From: Octopus vulgaris
Taxonomy: Eukaryota
Length of the DNA stretch: 64,000 bases
Assembly: GCA_951406725.2 (NCBI GenBank)
Contig: OX597822.1
Coordinates: 70,928,001-70,992,000, forward strand
Direction: 5' to 3'
The notes beneath the pieces are model-generated. The model ran no database searches, had not been told where the DNA came from, and saw nothing but the letters and a program-made list of their open reading frames with translations. Shown piece after piece: positions 38,560-51,575 of this stretch. The translations under genes and the position numbers were made by a program. Positions within the stretch are counted from its first letter, which is position 1; every line of letters starts with the position of its first letter.

Positions 38560-39100
38560 GCACATTTGTACTCAAAATCATTTGTAAATTAACATTACAT
38601 GTCTTACAGACCACATTGTTCTTGTTACTCTACAATCACTTTATTCTCTGCATTCTTTGTGGATGTGTAAAAGACATCATGCTTTACTAAACATGCCTGA
38701 TACAGTCTTCTCTTTGCCTGCAGAAAGAAACACTTTTATATCAAAATAGGTGACTCTGCTCTGAATTTCCATTTTGTTCTCAGCTTAGTTACTATGCATT
38801 TACTGATATAATTTCCAGCATTAATTATGTTACCTAGGTAACAAAACTTATCTGTAACTTCTACAGAATTATCCATTTAATGGCTGCTCAGTTTACCAAC
38901 TATTCCAGTATAGCTACTAATATCAGACTTCTCACAGACTTGCTGTCCCTTTTGACTTACAGCACAGTTTCTATAGATTACATAGCACTGAATTTATATC
39001 TACACCTTTCTTTAGAATTGGTAAAAATTTATTCTGCTTAATGCAACAGATCACATGTCTTTAGTTGTTTATTAGTACCTTCTTCTTAATGATGTTAACT
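38560..39100 (-). mobile_element. Old RTE reverse-transcriptase C-terminal fragment
   Basis: SVEVTDKFCYLGNIIN...KFR...AKRRLYQAC. Confidence 0.7.
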
Positions 39101-39119
39101 TTTAGATATTTTAACTCTA

Positions 39120-39425
39120 GTTCAGCACCTGTGTTGGTGTCATGTAAAAAATACCTGTGCAGACGTCACATAGAAGGCGCCAGTCTTGGTACCACATAAA
39201 AAGCACCTGTGGTGGTGCCATGTGAAACACACCAGTGATGGTGCCTTGTAAAATGCACCCTGTACACTCTGTAAAGTGGTTGGCATTAGGAAGGGCATCT
39301 GACCATAGAAACCACACCAAAACAAACAGCTGGAGCCTGGTGAAGGTCTCCAGCTTGCCAACTCCTGTCAAACCGTCCAACTCATGCCAGCATGGAAATT
39401 AGGTATTAAATGATGATGATGATGA
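39120..39425 (+). mobile_element. RTE LINE 3' end (diverged subfamily with shorter units)
   Basis: gtggttggcattaggaagggcatc motif and (tga)n tail. Confidence 0.75.
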
Positions 39426-39530
39426 TAAACTGGTGTGTCAGTATACATCCTGTCTTGAATTACTTCAAAAGCAGGAGCAAAAGTGGGCTAAGGATGGAGC
39501 CTTGTTACACATCAAATGTACATTAATTCA

Positions 39531-39938
39531 GTTCTATATTTAAGAGATGAGGAATTATGTGCATTATTTACATTATTTACATTCAACAGTTATTTGTCCT
39601 CATTTTTGTTTGTTGTTAACAGAATGTTTCGGCTGACATACCCTCCAGCCTTCTTCAGGTGTCTCGGAGAAATTTCGAACCTGGGTTCTCATTCCTAAGG
39701 TATATTTTTCGATGTTGTTGTTGTTGTTATTATTATTATTATTATTGTTCAGGTCACTGCTTAGAATCGAACTTGGAATCTTGGGGTTAGTAGCCCATGC
39801 TCTTAACCACTATGCCATATGCCCGTGGTTCGAAATTTCCCCAAGACATCTGAAGTAGGCTGGCGGGTATATCAGCCGAAATGTTGTGTTGACAACAAAC
39901 AAGATGATTAATATCCATTGAATGTAAATAATGTAAAT
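39531..39938 (-). mobile_element. tRNA-headed SINE-like element with hammerhead tail, inverted tail copy and 16-bp TSD
   Basis: A box 39807-39817, B box 39764-39773. Inverted arms 39557-39681 and 39827-39946. aatgtacattaattca at 39515-39530 and 39939-39954. Confidence 0.75.
39618..39663 (-). ncRNA. Minimal hammerhead ribozyme motif
   Basis: gacac-CTGAAGA-a-ggctg...cagcc-GAAA-catt-ctgtt. Inverted copy at 39845-39890 on the + strand. Confidence 0.7.
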
Positions 39939-40167
39939 AATGTACATTAATTCAATTCATCATTCATTTAACTCACTGCCAATAATGACTCAGCTTTAAA
40001 CCAAATGACCACCAGTCTTAACTGATCTCATTGTTAGGTGTAGCAAGCATGAAGCTATATTGGAGACCAATTTTTTTTAGCGCTTAAGTTAAATTAGAAC
40101 TATAAATAAGCTGTGGAATTTAAACCATTAGAAATAATAGCCAAAAAACTTCAGATTTAATTCTAAT

Positions 40168-40670
40168 GTCATCATCATCATCATCATCATTGTTTAATGT
40201 CTGCTTTTCATGCTGGCATGGGTTGGATGGTTTGACTGAGGACTGGCAAGCTGGGAGGCTGCAACAGGCTCCAATCTGATCTGGCAAGGTTTCTACAGCT
40301 GGATGCCCTTCCTAATGCCAACCATTCCAAGAGTGTAGTGGGTGATTTTTACATGCCACCAGCATGGGGAGCCAGTCAGGTGGCACTGGCATTGACCCAT
40401 GCTTGAATGGTGCTTATTACATTCCACCAGCATGGGGAGCCTGTCAGGCGGCACTGGCATTGACCCATGCTTGAATGGTGCTTATTACATGACACCAGCA
40501 CAGGTGCTAGTCAGACAGCGCTGGCATCGTCCATGACTATAACTTCCCTTGACTCATCAGGTCTTCTGAAGCACAACATGTTACCTGGAAATTCAAGGGC
40601 ACTTTTAAATGGGGTGGTTATGCGACACAGGTATCGGCCACAGCTGCGATCTCACTTTATTTGCCGGGTC
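40168..40670 (-). mobile_element. RTE LINE 3' end, about 3 tandem units
   Basis: Reverse complement of the RTE tail. Confidence 0.8.
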
Positions 40671-41213
40671 TCGAAATTTATTAATACAAAATTAAATAAG
40701 AAAAAGAATACACGACAGATCCTTCTAATATAATTATATACACTCACTTGAGTGTATAATCATTAATATGCTCATGTAAAAAGCATTAACTTCACCACAA
40801 ACTGTGTTGATGGCCAATTCACACATCTTGTAAATCAGCAAAGCTAAATTGAATTCACACGATCAAACAAAAAACAATAGAAAGAATTCATGCATGCAAT
40901 ATTTTATTGAGAACATGTACTACTTAATGATGTATTTGTGATGACTAATTAACCAATTAGTCAAAAGAATTACTGTTGTTGGGAAAATGAATTTAAAAGT
41001 TGAAATTTTCCAAAGAGGTCACGTACGAAAATCTCATAAAAGTGATCACATAATAGAAATCTCATTAACATGCCACCTACTTGGAACTATAGAACATAGA
41101 AAAATGTTGCTGAGTGCTTTCTGAAGAAAAATAATTCTTAAAGAGTTTAGATATATTCATAGCTAACTTAACAAAATAATTAGCTTTTCCTCAAAAATAC
41201 ATATACATATATA

Positions 41214-41600
41214 GGTGCTGGCGTGGCCGTGTGGTAAGAAGCTTGCTTCCCAACCACATAGGTTCTGGGTTCAGTCCCCCTCTGTGGAACCTTGGGCGAG
41301 TGTCTTCTACTAGAGCCTCGGACCGACCAAAGCCTTGTGAGCGGATTTGGTAGATGGAAACTGAAAGAAGCCAGTCATATATATATCTGTGAGTGTGTGT
41401 GTGTGTTTTGTTCCCCACCCTATTGCTTGATAACCAATGCTTGTGTGCTTACACCCCCGTAATTTAGAGGTTTGGCAAAAGTGCCTGATAAAATAAACAC
41501 TAGACTTACAAAGAATAAGGCCTGGGGCCAATTTGTTCAACTAAAGGTGGTGCTCCACCATGACTGCAGTCAAATGACTGAAACAAAAGAATAAAAGAAT
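41214..41600 (+). mobile_element. SINE A
   Basis: Full-length family A copy. Confidence 0.9.
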
Positions 41601-41612
41601 AATATCTTTTCA

Positions 41613-41698
41613 ATCCCTCTGATGGGATTTTACCTAATATAACAATTTAGTTATTGTAATTTAGTCTTTTAGGCTAAATTGAAACAGCTGTAAGAGAA
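41613..41698 (+). ncRNA. Hammerhead-like motif with long AT-rich stem II (degenerate)
   Basis: ct-CTGATGG...GAAA-cagctg-TA-agag. Confidence 0.5.
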
Positions 41699-42805
41699 TA
41701 TGTTGGATTTTTGTCAATAATAAATTATATTAATGCTACATCTCCATTTTCTAAATTTTCTTTTGAATATTTATAAACCAAGATTTATACTTAGACCTAA
41801 TATTTTATGAATATTATTATTCACAAAAAATACTGGGCAATAAATCAGTAATTCATTGGATATTACTATCCTTTAATGAGGCTATTTTAACTTCTAATGG
41901 AATGTATATATATATGATTCCTTGGACTGGACTATGTGTTGTGTTCTTGAGCAAGATACTTTATTTCACATTGCTCCCGTTCACTCAGCTGTAGAAATGA
42001 GTTACAACGTCACTGGTGCCAAGTTGTATCAACCTTTGCTTTTCCCTTGGATAACATCGGTGATGTGAAAAGGGGAGACTGGTATGCATGGGCAACTGGT
42101 CTTCCATAAACAACCTTGCCCGGACTTGTGCCTCAGAGGGGTGTCCTTCTGGGTGCTATTCCAGGGTGATTCATGACCGAAAAGAGTCTTTACTTTTTTT
42201 ACCTTTTTACTTATTCTATTAGTCTCTTTTGTTGAACTGCTAAGTTGCTGGAATATAAATAAGTCAGCATTGGTTGTCAAGCTGTGATTTGTATGCGTGT
42301 GTGTGTATGTGAGACAAACGCAGCTACAAAGACACACATATAAACATATAGATATGTGGGTGTATGTATGTGTATGTGTGTGTGTATATATATTCTTTTA
42401 TATTTTTACTTGTTTCAGTCATTTGACTGTGGCCATGCAGGAGCACAAGGTATTGGTTGAGCTGGAGTCATAGCAGAAGGCAAAAAGCTAAGGTGCTGTG
42501 TGATGGAACTGAACCTGAAACCACTTGGCTGTAAGACAAGTTCCTTAACCACACAACCATGCTTGCACCTATGAGGAAAATAAAGGCAAAGATGATGGCA
42601 TGAATGTAGACTGTGAATGAAATGCTTAGTTTTGTCTTTCATATTAACACGTCAAGTAAGGCTGAGTTTGTGTTTAACATAATGTTGAAGTTGTAACATC
42701 TTGAGAAAATGAATCAGACATGTCAAAAAAGAGATAAAGAACATCTTGGGAATTTTGCAAAACTCTGTGTGTGTATGTATATACGAGTGTGTATACATTT
42801 ATGGG

Positions 42806-42836
<31 letters not shown>

Positions 42837-43251
42837 TGTTGTTAAATGCTCGAAATATGAGACTAGAGAAACAGCTGACAACTGATGAAGGGTCATTCTT
42901 TGTGTTTGACTTGTTTTCCATTTGTGTCTTTCGTTGTTCAAAAGAATAGTTCATGTTCCATGTACTCGTGATTCGTACTTTTTTGTTGTACACATTTCAT
43001 GACATCCTGTGCCAACATATGCATATATATATATATATATATATGTGTGTATGTATATATATATATGTATATATATATATGTATATATATATTATATATG
43101 TATGTATGTATAGATGTAGGTATGTGCATATACATATGTATATATGCATATATATATATATATATATATTATTTATATTATTGTTATATATATGTATGTA
43201 TGTATATCTCTTTATGTGCGTGTATATATATATATACTTATACATACACAA

Positions 43252-43445
43252 ACACATGCACACATGTGCACACATGCACACATGTGCACACATGCACACA
43301 TGTGCACATGTGCACACATGCACACATGTGCACACATGCACACATGTGCACACCTGCACACATGTGCACACATGCGCACACATGCACACATGTGCACACA
43401 TGCACACATGTGCACACATGCACACACATGCACACACACACATGC
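43252..43445. repeat. 18-bp minisatellite (cacatgtgcacacatgca)n
   Basis: Direct inspection. Confidence 0.9.
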
Positions 43446-43466
43446 ATATACACATATACATATATA

Positions 43467-44160
43467 GGCTCAGGTAAGGAGCTTGCTTCCTAACTACATG
43501 GTTCTAAGTTTGGTCCTACTCTGGTACACCTTCAACAAACGTCTTCTACTATAGCCTTGAGCTGACCAAAGCCTTGTGAGTGGATTTGGTAGACGGAAAC
43601 TGAAAGAAGCCTGTCGTATATACATATGTACGTCTTTGTGCCTGTGTTTGTTTCCCCACTAGCACTTAACAACCGGTGATGGTGTGTTTGCAACCCTGCA
43701 ACTTAGCGGTTTGGTAAAACAGAGCGATAAAAATGAATACTAGGGTCAATTAATTTGACTAAAATTTCAACATAGTTTCAGTCTAATGACTGAAACAAGT
43801 ATTGTGGCCGATGCCAGTGCTTCTTGGCTGGCTTCCGTGTCGGTGGCACATAAAAAACCACCAACCGATTGTGGTCGTTGGCAGCCTCCCCTGGCACGTA
43901 AAAAGCACCATCCGTACGTGGTCGATGCCAGCACCACCTTGACTGGTTTCCGTGCCGGTGGCACGTAAAAAGCACCAACCGATTGTGGCCGTTGCCAGCC
44001 TCCCCTGGCACGTAAAAAGCACCCACTACACTCACGGAGTGGTTGGTGTTAGGAAGGGCATCCAGCTGTAGAAACACTGCCAGATCTGACTGGAGCCTGG
44101 TGCAGCCTCCTGACTTCCCAGACCCCGGCTGAACGATAATGATGATGATGATGATGATGA
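43467..44160 (+). mobile_element. SINE A directly followed by an RTE 3' fragment
   Basis: SINE A to ~43800, then tandem units and (tga)n tail. Confidence 0.8.
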
Positions 44161-44409
44161 TATATGAAAATTAGAAAAAAACCCACCTTTTTATCAATTC
44201 AAAATGAACAATTAAATTATACCATCTAGAAAATTACATATAATAGAAATATAAAAAATAGAATAATAATATACCGATGATTAAGTAAATTAAGTAAATT
44301 GTTTTTTTCTAATTTTTATATATATATTATATTTTGTGAAATTTGATTTAGTATTTCTAAATTGAATTTTTCCCTGTAAGTTAGGAATAATATCCCCTCA
44401 AATTATCGT

Positions 44410-44455
<46 letters not shown>

Positions 44456-44559
44456 GGGATTCATAGGGATTAATAAATCCTGGTAGATATCTTTTAAGCA
44501 CTCGGTGGTTAATCTAAATTGATTAACTAAACGAAATGATCAGATACCAAATAGGACTG

Positions 44560-44965
44560 AATAAATGCCTTTGTAATTTCAAAAACAAATTTATGTGTCC
44601 TTTAGAAAATCAGTGTTTAGTAAAGAATCTAGTATATCGATGTATAGTGATTGCAGGTTATTATATATATTATTGCATAAATCCTTCGTCTACATTTTAG
44701 AATTCTAGATTATATAATCATTTGTCTTCATTTAAGTTTTGGTGTAAGTGTAATTCTATGAATCTTAGTAAATGTATTTTGGATTTGAAAGACAGAAACG
44801 TTAACCATGATTTGAAGGGGTCCATTGTAAGTTACACTCTGCTATACAATACTTGTAATTTTTTAATGTGATCTTTGCCTTGAGGAAATATACAATTACT
44901 TCAAAATTAAAATTATTAAATTCTAGAATCATTCTTACATTGAAGTGTTCTCACAAGTATAAAAA
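44560..44965 (+). mobile_element. Penelope-like element GIY-YIG endonuclease fragment
   Basis: CNFKNKFMCPLENQCLVKNLVYRC...RLYNHLSSFK...NLSKCILDLK...CDLCLEE...CSHKYK. Confidence 0.75.
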
Positions 44966-45475
44966 AAACAAACAAACATTTAAATAATTCAACAGTAAAT
45001 AACACATTCATTATAATTGCTTTTCCTGTAATTCAATAAGTACAATTTTCCTAATTTAAAAAAGAATCTTATTTTTAGCATACCTTAATAACCAGATAAA
45101 TAAGTGTACTGAGGTAGCCTTACTACATTTATATTTTTCATTCTTTCATCGACCATTGACATCATCTTTGGTTTAAATACTAAGATGACTTTTCTTATTT
45201 AATATTTATTCTAAACACTCGTTTTTTTTTCTGTGCTCATGTATAATAGACTTTCTGTTAGTTCACTTTGAATTCAAGTTGTTATGGGTTACCAAGATGA
45301 CATTGTGTTCGCATAAATTTCGGATATCCTGAATTTTACAACAGATCCAATGTGGATTGATTTGTGCTTTGTATATTTTTCTTTATCTATAAATGTTTAC
45401 ATAATAGAAACGATTATTTGTCCTGTATGATGTCATTCTCAATAAAGTTGTGATATTCTCCATCCTTGTTCATGT

Positions 45476-45544
<69 letters not shown>

Positions 45545-45586
45545 CATTATTCAGTTTTATTTCAAGATTTCTTGTCAATAGATGTA

Positions 45587-45761
45587 GGTGTAAGAGTGGC
45601 TGTGTGGTAAGTAGCTTGCTTACGAACCACATGGTTCTGGGTTCAGTCCCACTGCGTGGCACCTTGGGCAAGTGTCTTTTACTATAGCCTCGGGCTGACC
45701 AAAGCCTTGTGAGTGGATTTCGTAGACAGAAACTGAAAGAAGCCCATCGTACATATGTGTG

Positions 45762-45819
<58 letters not shown>

Positions 45820-46053
45820 TGTGTGAGTGTATGTATGTGTTTGTGTGTCTGTGTTTGTCCCCTCAACATCACTTGACAACCAATGCTGGTGCGTTTACGT
45901 CCCCATAACTTAGCGGTTCGGCAAAAGAGACCGATAGAATAAGTGCTAGGCTAACAAAGAATAAGTCCTGGGGGCGATTTACTCGACTAAAAGGCGGTGC
46001 TCCAGCATGGCCATAGTCAAATGATTGAAACAAGTAAAAGAGTAAAAGAGTAG
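45587..46053 (+). mobile_element. SINE A inserted in the tail of an RLE-type LINE fragment
   Basis: The flanks rejoin to the reverse complement of 36700-36787. Confidence 0.85.
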
Positions 46054-46432
46054 TAGAGAAAGAGCTGGTTTCTAACCTAGATCCAAGGCTCCTTCATTGG
46101 AATTTTGACAGCAGCAACAGGGTATTTTTGTATGTATATATGTATGTATGCATATGTGTAGATTCGTATGCTTTGTGTTATGTATGTATTCACATGTGTA
46201 TAATTGCATATCTAGACATGCTCATATTTACTTAAATGATAAACTTCTGGAAAGTTTTACAGATTTTTACAGTTCCAGTGATGGATTGAATCTGTAGTCT
46301 TAGAATCAGTTTTCTCCTTTCTGATTTTGAGAAGCCTAATTTCTCAAGATTGCTATTTAGGCAGTATGTTACATATCCCAGGACCCCCATAATTTATGTA
46401 TGTATGTATGTATGTGAGTATGGTGCGTGTGT

Positions 46433-49400
46433 TGTGATGAGAGTCATGATGCTTCCCTTGTGAGAAATAGACTGGAATGATTGAGTATAAATAGTAGCGG
46501 TGGGAGTGAAGCTTTTGTGTTAGTCCAAGTTGAGTTCACAGTGAAATCGGAAAGTGTCGGTTGGTTAGTTCATTTGGAATATTGATTGTTGGTTCGTGAA
46601 GAGCTTGTTGGATCGTTACGTTGTTATTACAACTGCATCGTTATCTTGTTAACTGTTACTACATTGGTACGGTATGTCTGAACCATCCGTCACAGTATCA
46701 TGGTAGTACCATGACATTGGGGATGGAAAATATAACATCTGGGAATAAAGTTTTCAAAGCTCATGTAGGTTATTTAACAATTAATTAGCTTTTATAATCC
46801 AGTTGCAAAAGCAACAACAAAAACAGCAATAGGAGTTACAGAAGCAACTAATACAGCAACAACTATTGGAGCAAAACGCAAAGTAGTCCAAAAATGCAGT
46901 AAGTTCGTTTTTGCCAGATGGCGTATTGAACTCCATAATAGAATTCAGGGTATAACTTTTGCAGGAAACTACAGAAGGTACAAGGAGATTTTTAAGGAAG
47001 GTTACAAAACACGGTCGGACGAAGAAAAAGTAAGGTTATTATTATGTAAATTAATTCCGTCTGAGCATGAAACGATGCTGTAATTTCCTTTTTCCCAAAA
47101 TGTCTTGTGAAATTTGTTTTCAGGAAACAATCAAATTGCTGTCTAACATGTTCAGTGAAAAGACTTCTCTATTTATGCAGGAACAGTCAACAGAATGTGT
47201 GAAAGTTTTAAACTTAAAGAACTTACTCCTAAGATGTTTAATTGCCTCATTTTTGTACAAGGCATTGCAGCAAATGAAGATACAAAAATATGGGCAAGAA
47301 TTCTTTCAAAACTTGAATAAGCAAACCAAGATTTAACCCTGCAGACTGTTGCAGAAGAGCGTCAGTTGATGGTGGACCTGTAACACGGTGTAAGAAAAAT
47401 TCAAGAAAAGGATTTCACAAAAATACAGATATGTTGGCCAAGAAAGTATAACCAAAGAAGATTGCTAGATTCTAATCCATGTTACAGATGTGGAGGCCCA
47501 CATTTCAGAAAAGATTGTCCTTTTAAAAACCAAAAATGTTACAGTTGTTAAAAATTTGGACACAAAAGATCACACTGCAGAACAAAAGTACAAAGGTCAA
47601 ATGTGAAGCATTCTAAAGTGCTCTCAGCAGAAAGTAAAATCGACTCCCAAATAAGGAAATTTGTACACATAAAAGTAAATGGAGTAAATATTCCTTTCTA
47701 CTCTAGGCACAAGGCTTGAAATTTTTAGGGAGAGAGCCTTTGATTAGATCGACCCCAGTACACAACTGATACTTAATTTATCAACCCCTGAAAAAGTGAA
47801 AAGCAAAGTTGAACTCAGACGAATACCTATTTCTTTACTACCCACAAGGGGCTAAACACAGAGAGGACAAACAAGGACAGACAAATGAATTAAGCCGATT
47901 ACATCAACCCCAGTGCATAACTAGTACTTATTTAATTGACCCTGAAAGGATGAAAGGCAAAGTTGACCTCGGCGGAATTTGAACTCAGAGCGTAGCGGCA
48001 GACAAATACCGCTAAGCATTTCACCTGGCATGCTAACATTTCTGCCAACTCGCCACCTTGTAAACAGAGTAAATATATGAAATTACAACTGGATACTGGT
48101 AGTGATATTTCAATCATTAACACCGACATGTGTAAGAAAATAGGGAAACTCATGTTAAGAAAAACAGCAAAAACTTCATGTTGCAAGATGGGTGACAAAC
48201 TACACTTTGTAGATGAAATGTGGAATGATGTCACATTTTGAGGAAAAAACTTGCAAGGCGAAAGTTTTCATTGTAAAGAATACAACCAATCTGTTTGGTA
48301 CTGACTGGTTGGTGTTATTTGACTTGTCGGATCTCCCAATAAGCCAGTACTGTAAAATATTAAAGGGCTACCCCACCAGTGAAAACAACTCAGCAGCTGA
48401 ATTGAACAAAATATTAATTAAAAATGTTTTGTGTAATGGTATTCACGAACTGCCAGTGTCAGTGGATGATATAAAAATAAAATCCACAGAGGATAATTGC
48501 ATTAAAAGAATGAAAGAAATGTTGAAAAATAAGCAAAATAAAAATATAAATTCGAAAAAATTTTTCACTATGTGACGATGTTTTAATGTACGCACAAAGA
48601 GTGGTAGTACCATCTGCACTACACAAACGAGTATTGCAGGAATTCCACAGTGGACACCTGGGAATGTTGAGGATGAAAGTCTTAATGAAGAGCAATGTAT
48701 TTTGGTCAACAATAGACTTGGACATTGAAAATTGTGTAAAATCATGTAGAGGTTGTGTGCTAGCAGCCAAAGCACAACCGCTGAAATACCAATTATGGCC
48801 TGAGATGGATAGTCCGTGGTCCAGGGTACATATCGATTATGCTGGACCGATGAATGGTGCATACTATCTAATCATTGTTGATGGCATTCCAAAGACAACA
48901 ATAAAATTTGTGTATGAGTTAGTTGCCTGATACGGTGTTCCAGACATGGTATCAGTTAATGGAACACAATTTATGGGTTGTGAATTCAAAAATTTCTGAA
49001 AAATACATGCAATTAAGCATATTTTTACCCTGCCCTATCGTCTGAAGTCAAACAGGTGGGTAGAAAGATTCGTTGATACGTTGAAGCAAGTGTTAAAAAT
49101 AGCAAGGAATGATGTAAGAAATGTTGAAGCACTAACAAAATTCTTGAGGGTATATAAAGTAACGCCCAATCCGTATACCAGTTTGGAAAAGTCTTCGGAA
49201 GAGTTAATGTTCACGTGAAAAATAAAATCGATCTTCAATAAATTATTGCCAGGAAAAAATATATTTAAAGGAAATAAAGAAAAAGTAACAAAACATTTCG
49301 AAGTAAGAGATAAAATTCACTTTTAAATTTACAAAAATGGTAAAGAAGGCTGGGAGGATGGTTTTGTAATTAAAAGATTAGGAAACATGATGTATGTAAT

Positions 49401-49965
49401 TAAAGGACAACATTGGGAACATAAGAAACACCTAAACCAATTAAAGACGAGACATACTGAACAGCAAAAGGAAATATTAATTGAAGTCTGCTATGACAAT
49501 GAAGTCTGCTATGACAATAAAGTCTGCTATGAGAATGAAGTCTGCTAGAACTGAAAGAAATTGAGCCTCGTAGAAGCAGCAGCAGAAAAAGGAAACACAC
49601 TGCACACTTAGAAATAATGCCAAAACGAAAAAGATATTAAATTTTCTAAAAAAAATTAAAAATAAAATTTCACTTCTCTCGGAAGTTGAAATCTTGGGGA
49701 GATGTAATGAGAGTCACGATACCCCCTTGTGAGAAATAGACTGGACCGAGTGATTATAAATAGTAGCGGCCTGAGTGAAGTTTGTATGTTAGTTTGAGTT
49801 GAGTTCACAGTGAAGTTGGAAGGTGTTGGTTGGTTAGTTCATTCGGAATATTGATTGTTGGTTCATGAAGAGATTGTTAGATCATTAAGTTGTTATTACA
49901 GCTGCATTGTTATCTTGTTTACAGTGTATCTAAAGCATCCATCACAGTATCATGGTGGTATCCCA
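46433..49965 (+). mobile_element. Internally deleted, decayed Ty3/Gypsy LTR retrotransposon
   Basis: Direct LTRs 46433-46716 (TG...CA) and 49703-~49965, TGG primer site, PPT ggggaga. Gag knuckles CYRCGGPHFRKDC and CYSC*KFGHKRSHC, protease LDTGS, integrase FHSGHLG..CRGC and PWSRVHIDYAGP. No RT motifs seen. Confidence 0.92.
47690..48058 (-). mobile_element. Double SINE B insertion within the Gypsy protease region
   Basis: SINE B bodies between gagtaaatat direct repeats. Confidence 0.8.
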
Positions 49966-50289
49966 TTTGGTTAATATTTGAGTGTGTGCATATTATTATT
50001 TATAGACTTTCACAGGTTTCTAACACAAAATTAGTCCATGAAGATGAACGTTCACAAAGATATAAGTCCATATGCCTATATTTTTATGAATCATGTGATA
50101 TCATGAATATGTGTTGTGTATATATATATATGTGTTATCCATATCTGTATAGGTAAGAGTTCCAGCATGAATTCCTTGGAGTATATATGCCTAAAGTACA
50201 ATATACTTACTATACAACAAAAATTTACTCAGGTTGGATTGGTGGCAAAGCGGGTGATGGGAAATGTCTGAAATTTCAAAGTTTATAAT

Positions 50290-50870
50290 GTTTTTTCATG
50301 CAAGGGGAGAAAGTTTCTTCCCTAATGCTTAAAATGTTCACTGTTGAGGTCGCATTTGCTGCCCTACTCCCTATATTTTCTGGCCTTAGTTATGATGGTC
50401 CAGTTTATATGAGATTTTGTCTACGCACCTCTCTTTAAGGGTGTATACCATATTAGATAAAACTTCACCTGTCTCTTGTTTTTGTCTCTAAGTGAAGCCA
50501 AGTGATGTGTGTATCTTTCCTTAAAGGTATTTCCAGTCGTTCTGATTTAAAGTTTTCATTGTTACATCCATGTCAGTGATGACGGCCTTGCACACTAGTT
50601 CTTTTTCCTGGCACATATTATTTAGGAGACAGTCATCAAGGGATCTAAAATTACAGAATCTCTTAGGAGTGTTCCTAATGTTACTATTCTTATTGTAATT
50701 GAAAAATTATTAATCGTATAGATAACTTTAACCATATTTCTATTAAAGATCTTGTAGTATTCATGTGAGTGTAAGAAGAGGATATCTATAAGTTTCAGAA
50801 AATGAAAAGCTATATTTGTACCCACATTCATGCTGTATGGAGGATTATATCATAATATTTTTCTATTGTC
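50290..50870 (-). mobile_element. Penelope-like element linker plus GIY-YIG fragment
   Basis: RKIL*YNPPYSMNVGTNIAFHFLKLID..HEYYKIFNRNMVKVIY, CLLNNMCQEKELVCKAV and TFKERY. Bracketed by inverted repeats ~49966-50085 and ~50900-51022. Confidence 0.8.
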
Positions 50871-51087
50871 TATGTCTTTTTGGTCTGTCTGTGCTTGATA
50901 GAAATATATGTACGTGAACTTATAATTATTTTTGTGAACTTTCAAACATCATGGACGAATTTTGTGTTTGAAACCTGTGAAATCCCATAAAAAATAGTAT
51001 GCACATCTGCAAACATCAACCAAGCACATTGTGTATGCATGTATGTGAGTGTATATATATATATATATATGTGTGTGTGTATGTGTG

Positions 51088-51148
<61 letters not shown>

Positions 51149-51177
51149 GTGTGTATGCGTGTGTATATATATATATA

Positions 51178-51575
51178 CTAGCAGTATCGCCCGGCGTTGC
51201 TCGGGTTTGTAAGGGAAATAACTATATAAGCATTTTAAGAGAGTTATAGCCAAAAAATAGCAAAAAATGCATTAAAAATGAAAAAAAAATTATGGTAAAT
51301 TTTTTTTTAAATCGTTGACTCATCGTAGACATTTTTAGAGAGTTACTTCCCTTATATAATAGCGAAAAAAATGCATCAAAATGGAAAAAAATTATGGTAA
51401 ATTATTTTTAAAATCGTAGACTCATCGTAGACGCGCGCTAATACCCAGAAGGGCTCGATATGAATCACGACTATAAGATACCCGAATTTGGTTACACTGC
51501 ACCGCAAAATGTGGGAGTAGTTAGGAATCTAAATCATAGGAGACAGACACACAACCTCTCTTTTATATATAAAGA
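51178..51575 (-). mobile_element. Non-autonomous Helitron with complete ends
   Basis: Minus strand A|TC...cccgagcaacgccggg hairpin...CTAG|T, no TSD. Confidence 0.88.

Noticed and set aside
42866-42910. gaaacagctg followed by ctgatgaag as a permuted hammerhead
   Set aside because: No UH triplet after the palindrome and no stem I or II.
48586-48930. Integrase ORF as a functional or domesticated gene
   Set aside because: Truncated, flanked by stops and frameshifts, and lies inside an LTR-bounded element.
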